Assembly: GCA_016235455.1 (NCBI GenBank) | Contig: JACRKZ010000067.1 | Location: forward strand, 32,001-96,000 | Origin: Armatimonadota bacterium | GTDB lineage: Bacteria; Armatimonadota; UBA10988 | DNA length: 64,000 nt | Direction: 5' to 3' | Shown: in pieces, positions 63,999 to 64,000 of the stretch | Layout of the letters: every line of letters starts with the position of its first letter | How positions within the stretch are numbered: the stretch's first letter is position 1 | Made by a program: the position numbers and the translations under genes | The notes under the pieces: generated by a model | The model's database searches: none | Told to the model about the DNA's origin: nothing | What the model saw: the letters and a program-made list of their open reading frames with translations, nothing else

Positions 63999-64000
63999 AG

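Overview
High-GC (roughly 70% by eye) bacterial chromosomal segment, most likely Armatimonadota: two DUF1559 pilin-like genes carry the [12 protein letters not shown] signature, and HzsA-related and DUF1080 proteins are present. About 45 CDS. Housekeeping genes are ligA, a divergent stand-alone ftsZ, ccmA/ccmB, recJ, trpB2, pyrG, pcrA/uvrD and gpmI. Secreted carbohydrate-active proteins include GH29, GH43, a YetA/RGLX-like lyase and a Gfo+DUF1080 keto-glycoside module, alongside transporters and regulators. No rRNA, tRNA, CRISPR array or intact mobile element was recognised. Best candidate for an undescribed system: a solitary ~1450-aa protein (959-5308, minus strand) in which a catalytically dead Y1/RAYT (TnpA-REP) HUH transposase domain is fused to a DUF6079/BREX-3 BrxC-type P-loop ATPase with no BREX partners nearby, in a window that also holds four distinct families of REP-like intergenic inverted repeats. 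Other leads: HzsA-like c-type heme proteins with a beta-propeller partner (fused at one locus, split at another), a hybrid kinase with His replaced by Asp in the H-box, two frameshift lesions (a 40-bp duplication and an internal deletion), a 51-aa Zn-ribbon microprotein, and several promoter/leader structures. All family assignments come from motif recognition by eye, not database searches.
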